Positions 50,321-64,000 of a stretch of DNA of 64,000 nt are shown piece by piece (the stretch's first letter is position 1; each line of letters starts with the position of its first letter). Made by a program: the position numbers and the translations under genes. The stretch is from Glaucostegus cemiculus (Eukaryota). A model generated the notes under the pieces. It was not told the origin of the DNA, ran no database searches, and saw only the letters and a program-made list of their open reading frames with translations. Location of the stretch: positions 21,576,001 through 21,640,000 of the forward strand of contig CDPCPM010000026.1 in NCBI GenBank assembly GCA_976551045.1, given 5' to 3'.

Positions 50321-52669
50321 AACATTGTTTTTAAGTTTTCTTAATGTAATGTCATGACATTGAAAACACACTAGGCATGGCATGCTATTGCCAATATGGT
50401 GATGTGGGTGAAAGCCTGAGTCATGGAAAAGCAGTAATATGGGAGTTTACTGGCAGCAGATTAACAGGAAAATGTATTTTAATTAGTAGAAACACAAAAC
50501 TATCTTTTCTGGAACAGAGTCAACTAACATTCTTTCTTTATGATCCTGTTCACTGGAAGTGAACATAGTTTTCAGCTTTAAGGTTAGTCTCTCAACTTCA
50601 TTTTGAATTCAAAATGTGTTGTCAGCATTAACGTTTCAAGCTGACTGCTTCTTAAATTTTCGGCAATTTCAAAGCTATATGTCTACCTACATTTGGGGTC
50701 CTCACAATCCATGGTATAGGACATAAACTGGGGTTGGGGCACTCTGTACTTCTAAAGCCTAAATTTGGGCTAATCCACTCAATAATACAAATAACACTCT
50801 ACAATGCCACAAAAAGTACACAGTAGTCATGTGTCTGCTATTCCCTTACATTTTCTTCAAAGGGTTTTAACATAGCTTCTCCAGAGTCACATCACAAAGT
50901 TCAGATGCATTTTTAAAAAAACTGTTATTAGAAATTTATAGTCACCATGAGTAAATATGTATTCTTGGCCTCTAGCTTTGCTCCTGCATTGACATCATTA
51001 AGACACGATTATTACCTTGTCTCCAAACCAGCCACTTATTTACAAATGCTCACAAAAAGAGATATCAGGGCATCAAACAGAAAGAAAATGTTAAAAAGCA
51101 TACTATTAGAGCACACCAAATACAGCGCCATCCCTTTAAAATATTTTACATCAGCCTTGAGTTGAGCTGCAAGATGCATCTTATCTAGTGAAATCTGGAA
51201 AAATCCAAACAAAGAGTAAACAAAGAATTAACCCTTCCCACTTTAAACTGATATTCTGATAAAACTAGGGATGTTAAAGAAGCTAATCTTCCAAACACAC
51301 CCTGGAGCTACCTTTAAAGTACCATATACGTGCCTTAGAATAATGTCTAGACATTCACCTCCGGATCTGTGTTGATGTGTAATGATACTGGCAGACCACT
51401 AAGCTGCTCTCTCTCCTCTTTCACAGCTCAGGTTCCAAAGAGACTAAAGAATGCCGACAATAAGAATTAGACAGACAAATCATTAATTTATGAGTGTAGT
51501 GCATCCGCTTGCTAATTAAAGTATATTCTCAACAAAGTTCCAATTATTAGTCAATGACCTCATCCTCAGGCTAACCATTGTGTTTGTGTGAAGGTGTCAC
51601 TTGCAAGGATAGTTTGAGTACCATCACTACATTAAACAAAAACAATGCAGCCCGTTTCATTCTTTCTACAGTATTTTCATATTAAGATTAGGACAAAGCA
51701 CCTTTATTACAATTATTGGTCGTTGATTTTTTGAATTTAGGTAATACTTTTATATAGAGGCACAATTCCACCAAACAGTTGCCCAATTAAATATTCTTCC
51801 TTCTTTTATTATTTTATTTTAAAAGGGAGCACAGACTTTCAAGATTAAATGCAGTTTATAGTTTGCAGGGAAAAGTTGGTTTGTCTATAGAATAAATATC
51901 ACATATTATAAAGTTGGGACTAAGTTTTTAAAAAATCTCTTTAAGTTAATGCATTTCTGATTCAAACTTTGTACTCTTTTAAACAAAATATACAGAAAAG
52001 CAACTGTTTGTGGAAGTTATCAGAGATTAGGGGCTAAGAAATGATAAGATGCTTATTTCAGTTTTGGCACAAGTCCATCAATACATAACAGTTTATCGAC
52101 AAACAACAGATAAAACAGAAAGGTTACTTTAATGAGGAACTTTTTGCACTGCTGATCATATTGTGAAGCTCAGATGCCTTGCCATGGAAGATGAAGCCAT
52201 CTGAACAAAGATATTTTTTTTGCAGAAATAAGCTGAATGTGTGAAAAGGTTTTGGCTTTCAAACCACAGAGAACTGTTTCTATGCAATGTGTGGACTGTG
52301 TGCATTTTACAGATTATGTCAAATAATGGGCAGGATAACACACAATCATCCATGTTGCAAAATGTATTAATCACTACTTTATTTTCAATGACAACCATTT
52401 TAAACAAAATAATATTTCCTCCATTGCCCACATCTAACACTGCAGCAGCATCCCAACAACTTCCTGATTCACCTTATGCGACTAAAAGGATTACCCAGCT
52501 GCCTTACCTTCTAGGTTATTGAGTCTGGTGTATCACCACATTCACAGTCCAAAGCCAGTCCCAGATAAGAAGAAGCAGCAATAACATTCAATGTGCCATT
52601 GTGACACAGACCGAGCAATGGCTGGAAGTACAGCTCTCACACTGCTGCAGAGTTGTACAATGCAAGAAT

Positions 52670-54380
52670 ATATGAACTAGAAGCAGTATGAGGCCATTCA
52701 ACCTCTCTGCTTGTTCCATTCTATAAGATCATGATTAATTCTTTTGCTTCATCACCACTTTTCGGCACTGATCTTGTATCCTTCATTTCCCCTATAATCT
52801 AAAAATTTCTGTCTTAAATATACTTAAATATACTCTACAGCCTTCTTAAGCAGAGAATTTCAAAATATTGTGAAGGAATTTCTCCTCATCTCAGTCCTGA
52901 ATGGTCATCCTCTTATTTTGATACTGTAACACTTCCCTGCCAAGGAAAACATCAAATCCACAACTACTGGATTTGAGATCATCATTCACTTCTAAACTCA
53001 AGAGAGTGGAGGTCTAGTCTCTCGTCCCTGGAATCAACCTGGTGAACCTTTGCTGCACTCACTGAATCCCAAGCATACCTCTCCTAGGTAGGGAGACAAG
53101 AATTGTGCACAATATTCAAAATCTGGCCTCACTGGGGCCTTATATAATTGGAGCTAGATGTCTCTAATCTTGTACTTCATTCCTCTTGCCATCATGGCAA
53201 CTATTCCATTTCCCTTCCTTAATGCTTGTTATAACTTCACGTTATTTTCCAAAGACCCATGTACCAGGACACCCCAGGCCTTTCTGAACACCAGCACTTT
53301 TCAATCTCTCCCCAATACTCTATCCTTTGTTTTTCACATTATTTTTTTAAATTTTATTTACAGCATGGTAACAGGCCCTTTCGGCCCTCCGAGTCCACAC
53401 CGCCCATTTTAAATCCCCAAATTAACCTACCCGTTCGTCTTTCAGAATGTGGGAGGAAACTGGAGCACCCGGAGGAAATCCACGCAGACACGGGAGAACG
53501 TACAAACTCCTTACAGACAGGTACGGGAATCGAACCCCGATCGCTGGCACTGTAACAGCGTCGCGCTAACCGCTACGCTATCGTGCCGCCCAAATATATG
53601 ATATTAAATATATTATATATTAAATAGATTATATTCAATCCAATATCCTCCTGAAGCCTCTTTGTATCCATGTCATAGCCCACACTGCCACCCTGCTCTG
53701 TATTATCAGTAAACATGTATACACTATATTTGATCTCATTGAAACAACTGATATGAGCAGCTGGAGCCCCGGAACCAATCACTGTGGCACCAACTCCCAC
53801 TGCCCCCCCCCCCCCAGCCTCCCAACCTGAAAATGCCCTGTTTATTTCTACTCTCTCTTTTTTGTTCATTGACTAATCCTCTATCCATAGCATATATTGC
53901 CCTACCTCCGTGCACTCTAATTGTCTTGAATAATCTCTGCTGTAGAACCCTATTGAAGGCCTTCTGAAAATTCTAATAAGTATCAAATAGTTTTCCATTA
54001 TGTGCTCTGCTAGTTATAAATGCAAAAGAACTCCAATAAATTTGTTGAACTTGATTCCCCTTTAATAAATCTGCATTAACTCTACCCAAACCTGTTATTA
54101 TTTTCTAAATGCTACCACATCCTTATTAATAGAATCCAGCATTTTTCCTACTTCTGATGTTGGGTTAATTGGTCTACAGTTCCCTATTTTCTTGCTTCTT
54201 ATTTTGTTACATAATGGGGCTGGATTTTCTACCTTCCAAACTGTTGGAACCAAACTAGAAATACATAGAATTATGAAAGGTGACAGCAAGTGCATCCATC
54301 ATCTCCATGGCCCTCGCCTTCAAAATCCTGAGTTGACGGCCATTCACTGCTGGGGATTTGTCTCCTTTTGGTTCCATTAA
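52670..54380 (-). mobile_element. CR1 LINE ORF2 (RT to 3' UTR) remnant
   Basis: GNCRPINPTSEVGKMLDSI (ORF 54098-54295), NFQKAFN (~53952-53972), MFTDNTEQGGSV..KRLQEDI (ORF 53573-53869); 3' end GAGGCCATTCAACC at ~52690. Confidence 0.85.
53341..53591 (-). mobile_element. Young full-length V-SINE with intact Pol III A/B boxes, nested in CR1
   Basis: A box TAGCGTAGCGG (53570-53580), B box GGTTCGATTCC (53526-53536), V-domain, CR1-like tail GGGCCGAAAGGGCCTGTT; many CpGs retained. Confidence 0.9.
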
Positions 54381-55746
54381 TATCCCACGAAGTTTATGAC
54401 GAAGAAGCAAGTTAAGAACTCAATAGTAAAGGTTTTATTCCCCAAATATTTACATTAAAAGTATTTCTTCAAAATGCTTTAGTGATATTTATGTTAAGCA
54501 AAGACGTGAAAATCAGGAGTGTGATGAGTGGTGCAGACCCCAGATGTGAAACAATTGCAAGTGCCACCAAATGAAACTGGCATCATAATAAATAGCTTTT
54601 AGCAACCCACCATGAAAATGGTTCCATTGGTCCTGATGTCAACTTTATTGCAATAAACCAACCTGAAGCAGTACTGCAACAAGCTTTGTTTTTAAGCTTT
54701 TCAATTCCTACTAATGGTCCTGAAACAAAGAAACTGCTGTCTTGAATACATTGGACTTGGCTTTTCACAATCTAAAACTTTCAATACTTGCAAAGCTTTT
54801 GAATCTTTTATGGTTGCCCTTCACCTAATTCCAAGGACAAGAATTATAATATTACCATGCCAGAAATACTACTGCGCAATGCAGCGTGTGTTTCCAAATA
54901 AAGCAATGTAGAATTTCTCAGCATCTGGCCCCAGGCTCATCCATGAATTTTGACAGCAAGACCTGTGGGATACCAAGATGATGAGGGAAAAAAAGCAACA
55001 TTTTAAAATCTGTATTCAATCCATGTGCATATTGTGAGCCCAGGTCTAGGGTCAGGTCAGTCTGAGTGAGCCCTGTATACAAAAGAGCGAGAAACACTGG
55101 CCTAATGGTTCTAATCTGCAAGGTGTTAAGGCAGAATGTGGTTGAAAGTTTATACTAAAACCCCCAAGGAACTCAATATCACAGAACTGATGGAGACTTA
55201 CTGATGCTCTTTCACATGTGTGAGAGCCATTATAATGGCTGCTACTGCAAGAAGATTTTATTTTAACAGTCTTTAATGTAGACTTTGTGGTCCAAAAGTG
55301 TTAGTGTGTAATCGTAGAATGCACAATATTGTGGCAAGTAGCTGCTGAAATACACACGATGGACACACAATAACCATTATTGTTCTTTTCGATAGAAGCA
55401 TTATCACATTTTAATTTTGGCCAGCCGCTTGTCGGGTTAAGCATTTTGAATGGAAACAGCTGTAACTTGCTATTGATATATTGTATTTAATTCAGCTGAA
55501 ATTTCTTGATTGTGAAAAATCCCTGATCTGAGCCAGTAACTCATTTAATCAATAGGTTCAATGTAGACCTGGGGCATCACGCAAGCCTGTCAGGTCACAT
55601 TCAAGCCTTTGATGTAACAAAAGCAATTATTACATTCCTGGTGATGAGCTGTACCTGTCTGCTGCACAACGAATGCCGCCTGTATCAACACTCTTTTCAC
55701 TGTGCAAAAACCCTCTGGAAAAAGGACACATGATATTTCTACCTAA

Positions 55747-55784
55747 ACATAAATATATCCTCTAAGGAGAGGATATATTTATGT
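55747..55784. repeat. Perfect inverted repeat, 17-bp stem with 4-nt loop
   Basis: ACATAAATATATCCTCT-AAGG-AGAGGATATATTTATGT. Confidence 0.95.
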
Positions 55785-55920
55785 CCTTTTTTTGCCTACC
55801 ATATCTGAGCAGATTCTTACAGCAACCCTATTTTCCTTATATTTCATTGCTAACATGTATTTATTTGAGTGTCTATTAAAACAACTCACTGTGCAGAAAA
55901 TATAGCATATAAACACATGG

Positions 55921-55928
55921 TGACGTCA
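55921..55928. promoter_or_regulatory. Full CRE palindrome TGACGTCA
   Basis: Exact motif with its CpG retained in CpG-depleted DNA; function untested. Confidence 0.35.
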
Positions 55929-58440
55929 GCAGCACGGAGGCAACATTTTAAAATAAATCTCTGCCTCTACCTCCCCAAAAACACTTAACCTGACAAGATA
56001 CTGGTAAAATTAAAATGCTTCAATGGAAAAGAATAACAATGGTTATTGTGTGTCCATCATATGTACTTCAGGGGCTATTTGCCACGGTATTGTGAATTCT
56101 ATATACCAACCCTTTCGGACCACAAAGCCTTCTATACGTTATTAATTCTTCAGGTAACAGAGAGATTTTCCTTGATTTTTTTTGTTTAATATGTAGGAGA
56201 CAAAGGTATAGATAAGACATGCACAATTTGGCTTTTGTAAAGCAATGGAAACCAACGACTTACTGAATAATTTTGACCCAAGATTGATGAAGTAATGTTG
56301 GGTGGAAATGCAGCTGAGTTAGGATAATACATTAAAAGTTTTTCTTGTCTGGAATAATTCAGGAACACTGGCCTCAGCCTAAGTGAATTCCACTTTGAAA
56401 GAAATCTCTAAGGGTTAAACAGGTAATAGAATTAGAAGATTTATACCATTTTGCTACACTGTGCCAAAGAATGTATGTTAATTAGACACAATCCTGCTTG
56501 CTAGCATTTAACAATTCATTGTGTGTGTATATAGAAATTTAATGACAACTTTTAAAAGATAGGTTTTCATAAAGGAATATTATCATTTAAGCTGGGGGAT
56601 CTCTACAGCCTAACAACTCAAATTGAATTGGTTACAAATACGAATAAACAGAGTAAGCCAACTTCAGCCAATGCAGACAGCAGGAAAAGGGAGAGGGAGT
56701 ACATTAGAGATTTCATCTGCGATAGGACCTATGCTCGCACTCACTCTGTAACTGGCATCTGGAGCAGATTTGCTACAACAGACATTGAAGAACTAGATTA
56801 CATCCAGTTAACTGAGCTCTAAACTGATTATGCATGTGCCAAACTAATGGATTACATTTGCAAGAGGAAAAATAACATCCAATCAATCTCAATTACGGCA
56901 GACCACACCAGCCCAGATAAACTTGAAAGTATCCAGCAACTACCCACAACTGTACCTCCTCTCCTCACCAACAGTTCTACATAAAGGGATTGGTACGTTC
57001 AGTCAGAAACAAAAGTAGCTGATGGAGAAATACCATCACGGTGTGGCAGCAAATGATAGAGAAGCTGTAACATTTTCTGTGGGTTTTCCAGCAGATTATT
57101 TACTAATTTTAGAAAACGTTGCCCTATAAGCCACTTTCATCTCCCTGTTTTCAGTTTGTTAACTAAGAAGTCAACTGCCAGTGGACTTTACATATTGGGG
57201 TGAGGATGGGATGAAGTTCAACTTCTATAATGGGTGTGGGGAGGGATTGGGTGTGGGCACAGCAAGTAGAGGGATTGACAGCAGCTTGACTGCTTGTTGG
57301 ACACCTGGCTTAATTATAAAGACTGGCAAATAAGCTTACTGACCATACCTTGTCCCTGCATTTGGATTTCACTCTCCATAGTTAGGATCAAATGTGATTT
57401 TCAGGGACTTTAGCAACAGAGGCTGGGGGAGTAATTGAACAAAACCAGGCAGATGTAATTTAGTCCCCATTTTAAAATCATACACTGTCTCTGTACTTTC
57501 ATGTTTTATTGTAAATTCCTGACACCCACATTTGTAACAGGAAATGCCTTTGTAAAACCATAAGGCTATAATTTTAGACATCTGATTGCCATGGTGTTCC
57601 AATGCCTCTACTGGCAGGAGAGTGTCAGTGTTACAAGTTCATACAGGAGGTTTAAAACACAGCAAACAGACAGCAACTACATTTACGTGGATTTTTAAAA
57701 AAATAATACTGATGTCATCTTATTTATATAAGTGGCCAAAAAGTCAAGTTGACAAAATCTAAAATGGCCCAAAAACCAATCATTTTACAAACAAAAGTAG
57801 TATCTTTGGCAATAGGAGGGCAGAGCTGTCACAGGCAGATGCACTGAACTTTACACCCATGTTCGACTTACATTCCCCTCAAAGGGCGAAAATCAACAAG
57901 TCCCACCCTGGCCACCAGGAGGAGCAGTTTCTATTTCCAGAATGCTCAGCCCACAGGAGAGGGGAAAGGGAGGTGAGAATGGTGGAGAAATCCATTTCCT
58001 CGACCATCTCAAATCCTGGAGAACGGAGGAGGGGTGGCGGATGGAGGAAGGAGTAAAGAGGTAAATGGGAACGGTATAAATTTTAAATAGTTGAACATTA
58101 AGAACGTCTATAGGTTTAGCAACCTGCTATTTATTTAAGCCTCAATAAAGCATTTAGTGTAATTTATAAATCAAAACATGTAATAGATTATGGTAAAATA
58201 AAATCAAAGATCAGAGATGAAACATTAGCAATAAACACTAAAGTGAAGTGCATTAAGAGGCACTTAGCAAGGAACTTTAGGAGCTTCAACTTAAGTATAT
58301 GTACATGCATATACGTGTGTGTGTGTGTACATACACACACATGCACTTGCACATACTTCTCCCCCGGCAGTGTAAGCACCCCCGTCCCTTTCCTATTCCC
58401 ATTCCATTCCCCTGTTCTGAGTGAGCTGTCCTAGGCTTAC

Positions 58441-58513
58441 CCTGGGATGCAGTTTTAGAGATCAAAGATGAACAACATCATTATCAAATTTTTGTACAAG
58501 TGCAGTGCCAATA
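58441..58513 (-). other. Candidate 73-nt non-coding exon
   Basis: Minus strand: TGTTTTATTTCAG acceptor and CAGG/GTAAGC donor; stops in all three frames. Confidence 0.3.
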
Positions 58514-61500
58514 CTGAAATAAAACATTCATATCCTGTAATGGCTATTGAAAGAAGAGTTTTGCCCAAAGTAAATATGATGTCTCTCTTATCATTATCTT
58601 TCTAAGATCAAAGGCAAAATTCCCTTTCCATTTGATGCGTCAAACTTTGACAAGTTTCCTAATTCTCAAAACTTAAGCCCAAAGAAGAAAAAAATAAGTG
58701 TTCCATATCCGCAAAAAATAGAAAGCTTTCTATTAGATGGTCCTAATCCCCATCTTCTCCAGAGAGTAAAAGCACAGTGTAGAATCTGTTCCTTGAGAAA
58801 TCACTTTCACAACTATTTCATCCAATATTTCATCCAATGATTTCACATGTTGAGTGAACACCTACTCCAGATACAGCTTCAACCACGGCCAAATATAATT
58901 TCGAAAAACATCTCCTTGCAATGATTATTACACAAACCCACATTTTATTTGCTTTATCACCTGTGAACACGGTACCCACAATTTTCACTATCTGCCTCAT
59001 AACATTCCCATTAATTCTTTGCTGTTCTCTACCTCAAAGACCGTTCATGATTTTGACATCTTATTTCAATGTACTTATCTGCAAGATGAAACATTAAACC
59101 ATGATCTTGTCTGCCTACTCAAGTGCATATTCAATGTACTATTTAAACATCTGGTAAGCTGTCCTAGCTAACATTTAAGCCTGAACTAATACAGTTAAAT
59201 ATAGAATACATGTCCTCTTATTCTTGTTGGTGTTTGTGTGATCTTACTGGTTAGTGAATGGCCACTGTGCTTGCCTATAAAACATGGGGGACTATATTTC
59301 AAAACTATTTCACTGGCTGGTATGTACTTTCAGCTATCAAGGGGCTACAAAAAGAGCTGGAGTAATTCCAGTTTGTTTCATTATACCATTTTCTTCAGCA
59401 GACGTCCTTCCATTCAACTGATATACTGATCGGTGCTAAGTATATACTTTTTCTGAGTTGTGTGACCATGATCACTGAGAATTTGCATCTAGCTGCCCAA
59501 ACTCTGTGAAGATCTGACCGAGCCAGAGGCAATGCGACCAACCTTCTTTTGAATGTCTTAATGATTTCAAATTCAGACTCTCAGATGCAGAGAATAAAAG
59601 GATTCCATCATATTCAGAGTATCCCACTAAACTTCAATGCAGCATTTTTCAAGGTTTTTTATTGGTCATACTCAATATTATGTTCTGAATTACAGTTTTA
59701 TTTTGATTTAAAGAAGGAGCCATAGACTCTTATTTTGATGTGCATATTGATTGCTGCACATTTTTGACAATTAGATGGAAAGCAATTAAGCTCCATTCAC
59801 CCTAAATCAGAAAGCAGCAAACAATGAGTGTGTTCGCTCTCTCTGATTTATTTTCTCACATTGCCATAAAAATCATAAGTTGTGTGAGATAGCACACATA
59901 TCTCACATTATTTACTAATGTCAATAACTGGTTAACTGTGGACTGATCCTGACCAGAACCCAACATGATGCATGATTGGAATGGTTTCCGTAAGACGTAT
60001 GCTGAGGCTGTTTCTGCCCACTTATAGTCCACAGGCAAAAAGTGGACAAAGATGTTATGCAATCTAATGATCTTCCAAATAAACGGAAATTTCTTGATTT
60101 TTAAAAATATGTTGAGTGCCCGCTTTGGCCTTCAGAAGTTGTCATTTGCACAAAGTCCATGAAAATTAAGGACCTGTGGGGGTTGGGGGGTGGGGGTGGT
60201 GAATGTGATCTTCTCACCTGCATAAACAATGACAGGTTCACACCGTTTCAGAGCTCAGACTCCACATTTCATGTTTACGGTGGTACTCATGGACTCTGGA
60301 ATGAGGTGATATTCCAAGATTACTTACGAATACTAGCATTGACTCTACTCTACAAATGTGAAACAACATACAGACAAATAATTCGCACTTGTTAACTAAA
60401 TTCCCCCGATTTGACAGTTTTAGAAGCAGGAGTTCAAGTCTACCGTTTATTGTATAGGAGATGCATTTGTTCAACTTCATTCCAATTATTTTAAAATTGC
60501 CCTATTTCTAGTAAGTGGTTACTCACAAAGTGTGAACCTTGGTCAAATTCTCAAAGTTACGTCAAAAACAATTTTGTGTAGTCTTGCAAATTTTGCCCAT
60601 GTCTGCTGTAGCCACCACTACCAGTGTGAGGACTTCATTGCAGCATATGGGCAATTTCCATTCTAACATAGTTGTCTGAAAATTTATCCGTGGTTGGTAG
60701 CACCAATAATGCGATGCAGCATGTTGAAATTGGCCTCCAAAATCTATTCCATTCAATTCAGTAGAACCTAATTTCAGATGCAATGTGCTGTTGCTACAAT
60801 ACAGCATGTTTTGCACTACTGACCAGTGCTGAATTTGTAGGCAAAGTGATTTATAATGTAAAATGAAAATTAAGGCAGAATGCTTGATTCTAAAATTGGA
60901 ATTGAATTTCATTTATGTTTCTTGGTCCATGTGCCCCTCTGGCTTCTAACTATGTCTGCAGGGTCAGGAAGAATGATAACTAAATAGAAATTTGCTCAGG
61001 AGGACTCTAAAATGAGAACACATTTTATATTCTCTTTATGAAATGAACATTTTACTGTACTGAAGAATTTTTTTTCTATCCAATCAACAATTTCCTTATA
61101 AATCATTAGTTTGCATTACTAAATGGGGTGCTTTAATTCTGTACTTGGCTCTTGCATTCTCATAATCAAGCCTGTGGAATGATATTTCAAATGTGTTATA
61201 AGAAAGAGCTGTGTTGCAGAGTTGTTCTTTGACAAACTATGCAGTCAGATTAGAAGAGAATCAGTTCCCAAAAACATAGGCTGCTCTGCGATCCTATCTC
61301 TGCTTTTTTTTAAATGAAACAGCTTTACTGGCAGGAAAGCGGCACTAAAAAAAAATGTCCCAAAGCTACTGCCAAGTTGGGTTAACTACAAGTCTGTGCC
61401 TGACATTGAGTGGAAGGTAAGTGGAATAAGGCTGGTAGATTTATGGCCATTTGTACCTGATTGTTCATACTAAAGCCATTATGGAATGATTAGAGAAAAA

Positions 61501-64000
61501 GGTGAAGCTTTAAGTCCAGTGAAAATCAATACAACTGTCTACAGCAATTCAGCTGCCTGAGTCGAGTACCATTAACTGGATCTTTATCCCGTCTTAGGTT
61601 ACAGGGAGCTGGGTACAGGCTTGCTGCATGCCCACCTGAACAGCTTCCTCAAGTCAGATTGTTAAGCTATTTTTCTCCCCTTTCATAAACCATGATATTT
61701 TCCTTTTAAAGTTGCTGAAGATTTGAAACAGTACCCAATATCATTAAGATTGTTTGAAAGCTATATGAAAACTACTTCTTAATGTTTTCCACCAATTTCT
61801 ACTGATGTATCCTCTCCTCAATATATCATATTTGTCTGCAGCAGGATCTTTACCACGGCATCATAATATTGATATTTTCTGTCCGACACCAAAGCAAACT
61901 GAAAATCATACAAAGTATCCTTGAAGAATGTCTGTATATTACATTTTTTATCCATAAATATCAATCATGCAATTTATTTAAGTGCCATCACAATTTTGGT
62001 GGTTTGTTTTATTTATACCTTACAAGTGGACAATTCTCATTTCAGCAGTAAAGTACCATTCAGGAGGGAAAGGAAGTTAGGAGAGATGGAGCAAACATAT
62101 TCTCCAAACCAGTTCCACTGAAGCCTTTTACATCCATTCTCACATTTCCTACCCTTCTTTTTTCAGAAGAAATAGTCAACAAGTTGAATAACAGTACAGA
62201 TCAATACTGCCACAAAAATCAAACACCAAACATGCTAATATATCCATACGTGTTTGTTAACCCTTTAAAGATCTGTAACAATGCAAAGCACTCCAGAAAG
62301 TATGGTCAAGGATATTTACAGGTCCATTTCTAGTAAAACATTCTATGGAGCATGTATAGAGCAACTAATTCTGCAGCTGAGTGGAAACCATTCCTTAATT
62401 TATACCATGTGTGATCTTGAAAGAAGCTTAAAACAAACAGTTTAAACCTCTGGGATTTCAAGTAGGACTCTGCTTCTTTCGGTCAAAAAGCTTGTCCCAG
62501 ACCTCAAAGTCGGAGGTATTTCTGAGAAGTCTGACCTTACATTTGCCAGGAGGATAGTCTCCAAATATGTGGTGCTGCATATTTGTGTAGCCAGCAACAA
62601 AAATAAATTGAACATTAGTTATCTTAGCTGAGAGCCCTAACAATTAAAACCTTTATATCTCAGGTTCTAAAAGCTGCAACCATGTAACTCTTAAATCTTG
62701 ACAATCAAAAATAGAATATAATCCTTCACCAAATCCCCAACAGGAATTATACCCCCAACTCCCCAATTCACTTATCAACAAAAGCTATGTCAAACACAGC
62801 TCTCCGGAAAAGAACAACGAATTCATACATGGCACAGCCTATCAGAAGAAATAGATATTTTTGTGTAAGGAAGAGAATTAAGTTTTGAAGAATGGGATCA
62901 CATCAATTTGTCCCATACACAAGTCCATAGACTTTAGTTTAGTTTAGAATTGAGAACAGTAGTCTGCTGATTTTAAATATAACAGCATATCACCAAAATT
63001 CACAGACACCACTATGTTTTGGGCAGTTTAGCAAAAGGGAGGATAATTGCAATTTCAATGCACAAAAAACAAATCAACATGAATATGAAGATAATCACCA
63101 TCCTGATAGATTATTCCCATCTCATGTATATCTTTCTGTCTTCATTAACTTGTTTGGTTTTGTTCTACAATTGTTTTCTATGCAATAAGAAGGACTGATA
63201 TAGACAAAGTGAAAAGTGAAGAACAGACAGTAAAGACCAAAGGAATGGAAAGTCATGTTGGGCGGGAAGAGAATGGCAGGGGAGTAAGGTGGAAGGGGGC
63301 ATGGAGAAAGTGGGACAGGGGAGAGGTCTGAGGAAAAAGAGATGGAAGAAATTCAGAGAATACTGTAATAAATGACAAGTAGGTATCTGTGCAAGGGGGA
63401 GGAATGCACATACACCTCTCATGGTGTTGCTTGCAAATCCAGAACTACAAAGAATTAACACAAGAGAAGAACAAGAATATTGGAAGGAGTGGGGTTGATC
63501 CATGTTTCCCAACAGGAAGGTAGTGAATTCCAAGTAGATTTCAGAAAATGTAATTTTGGATTGAGGGTGTTGCCAGGAAATTATTACCCAGCCCACATTG
63601 CCTTTTGTACTTTGCAACAATTTGACTGCCTTGCTTGGCCATTTAAGAAGACAGGTAAGAACAAACTGCAATGGTGAGAGCGACTTACATATAGACCAGA
63701 TGTATTAAGAAGGGCATGATTCAAACCTTTGTGGAGATAACTGAACCAGTTGGAACTTACAACAATCTGACTGCTTTATGATCACTTTTACTAAAACCAA
63801 CATCCTCTTTTCCATGGGTCAAGAATTTATCTTGCAATCAATTCAATTTCTCACCTGACAGTCATGATCTGTACCCATATGCCATGAATTACTAAAGAGT
63901 GTACAGGAATGTAAAGAGAATTAGTATGAAATGAGGAGAGAAGAATCTACAGCTGTCAAGAGACAAAGGGTATATGTGAACTGCAGGGGACTGACTGCAG

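Noticed and set aside
53526-53591. tRNA-like A/B boxes
   Set aside because: This is a SINE head followed by a V-domain, not a tRNA gene
55925-55945. REST/RE1-like TCAGCAGCACGGAGG
   Set aside because: Mismatches in both half-sites of the RE1 consensus
58495-58513. CAGTGCCAATA / TATTGGCACTG resembling miRNA seeds
   Set aside because: No exact match to a miRNA I recall and no precursor hairpin
63165-63671. 168-aa minus-strand ORF
   Set aside because: Arises from a purine-rich + strand tract that lacks minus-strand stops; L/F/S/P-biased with no domain
1-64000. CRISPR arrays, operons, rRNA or other prokaryotic systems
   Set aside because: Vertebrate non-coding DNA with no regularly spaced repeat-spacer array or gene-dense region

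Overview
Eukaryotic, AT-rich, CpG-depleted vertebrate DNA. The repeat set (V-SINE/HE1-like, SacSINE1/DeuSINE-like, CR1, RTE and Penelope-like elements) points to a cartilaginous fish, probably a shark or ray (inference). I found no intact protein-coding gene or convincing coding exon, so this looks like a large intron or gene desert. The ORF track is chance ORFs plus decayed retroelement fragments. The main structure is a ~2 kb Neptune-type Penelope-like element (22599-24620). It has head-to-head inverted arms, two GIY-YIG endonuclease remnants, a minimal hammerhead ribozyme motif and a 13-bp target-site duplication, and it sits inside an older CR1 LINE. At least eight short Penelope-end remnants are scattered through the window; three are fold-back hairpins centred on the hammerhead region. 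There are also V-SINEs with swapped tails, several enhancer-like blocks (two perfect PBX-MEIS decamers), a perfect 17-bp hairpin and two candidate non-coding minus-strand exons. I cannot support a wholly new biological system; the hammerhead-centred mini-hairpins are the best candidate for something undescribed. Repeat names come from recalled consensus motifs, not a database search, and boundaries of old repeats are approximate.
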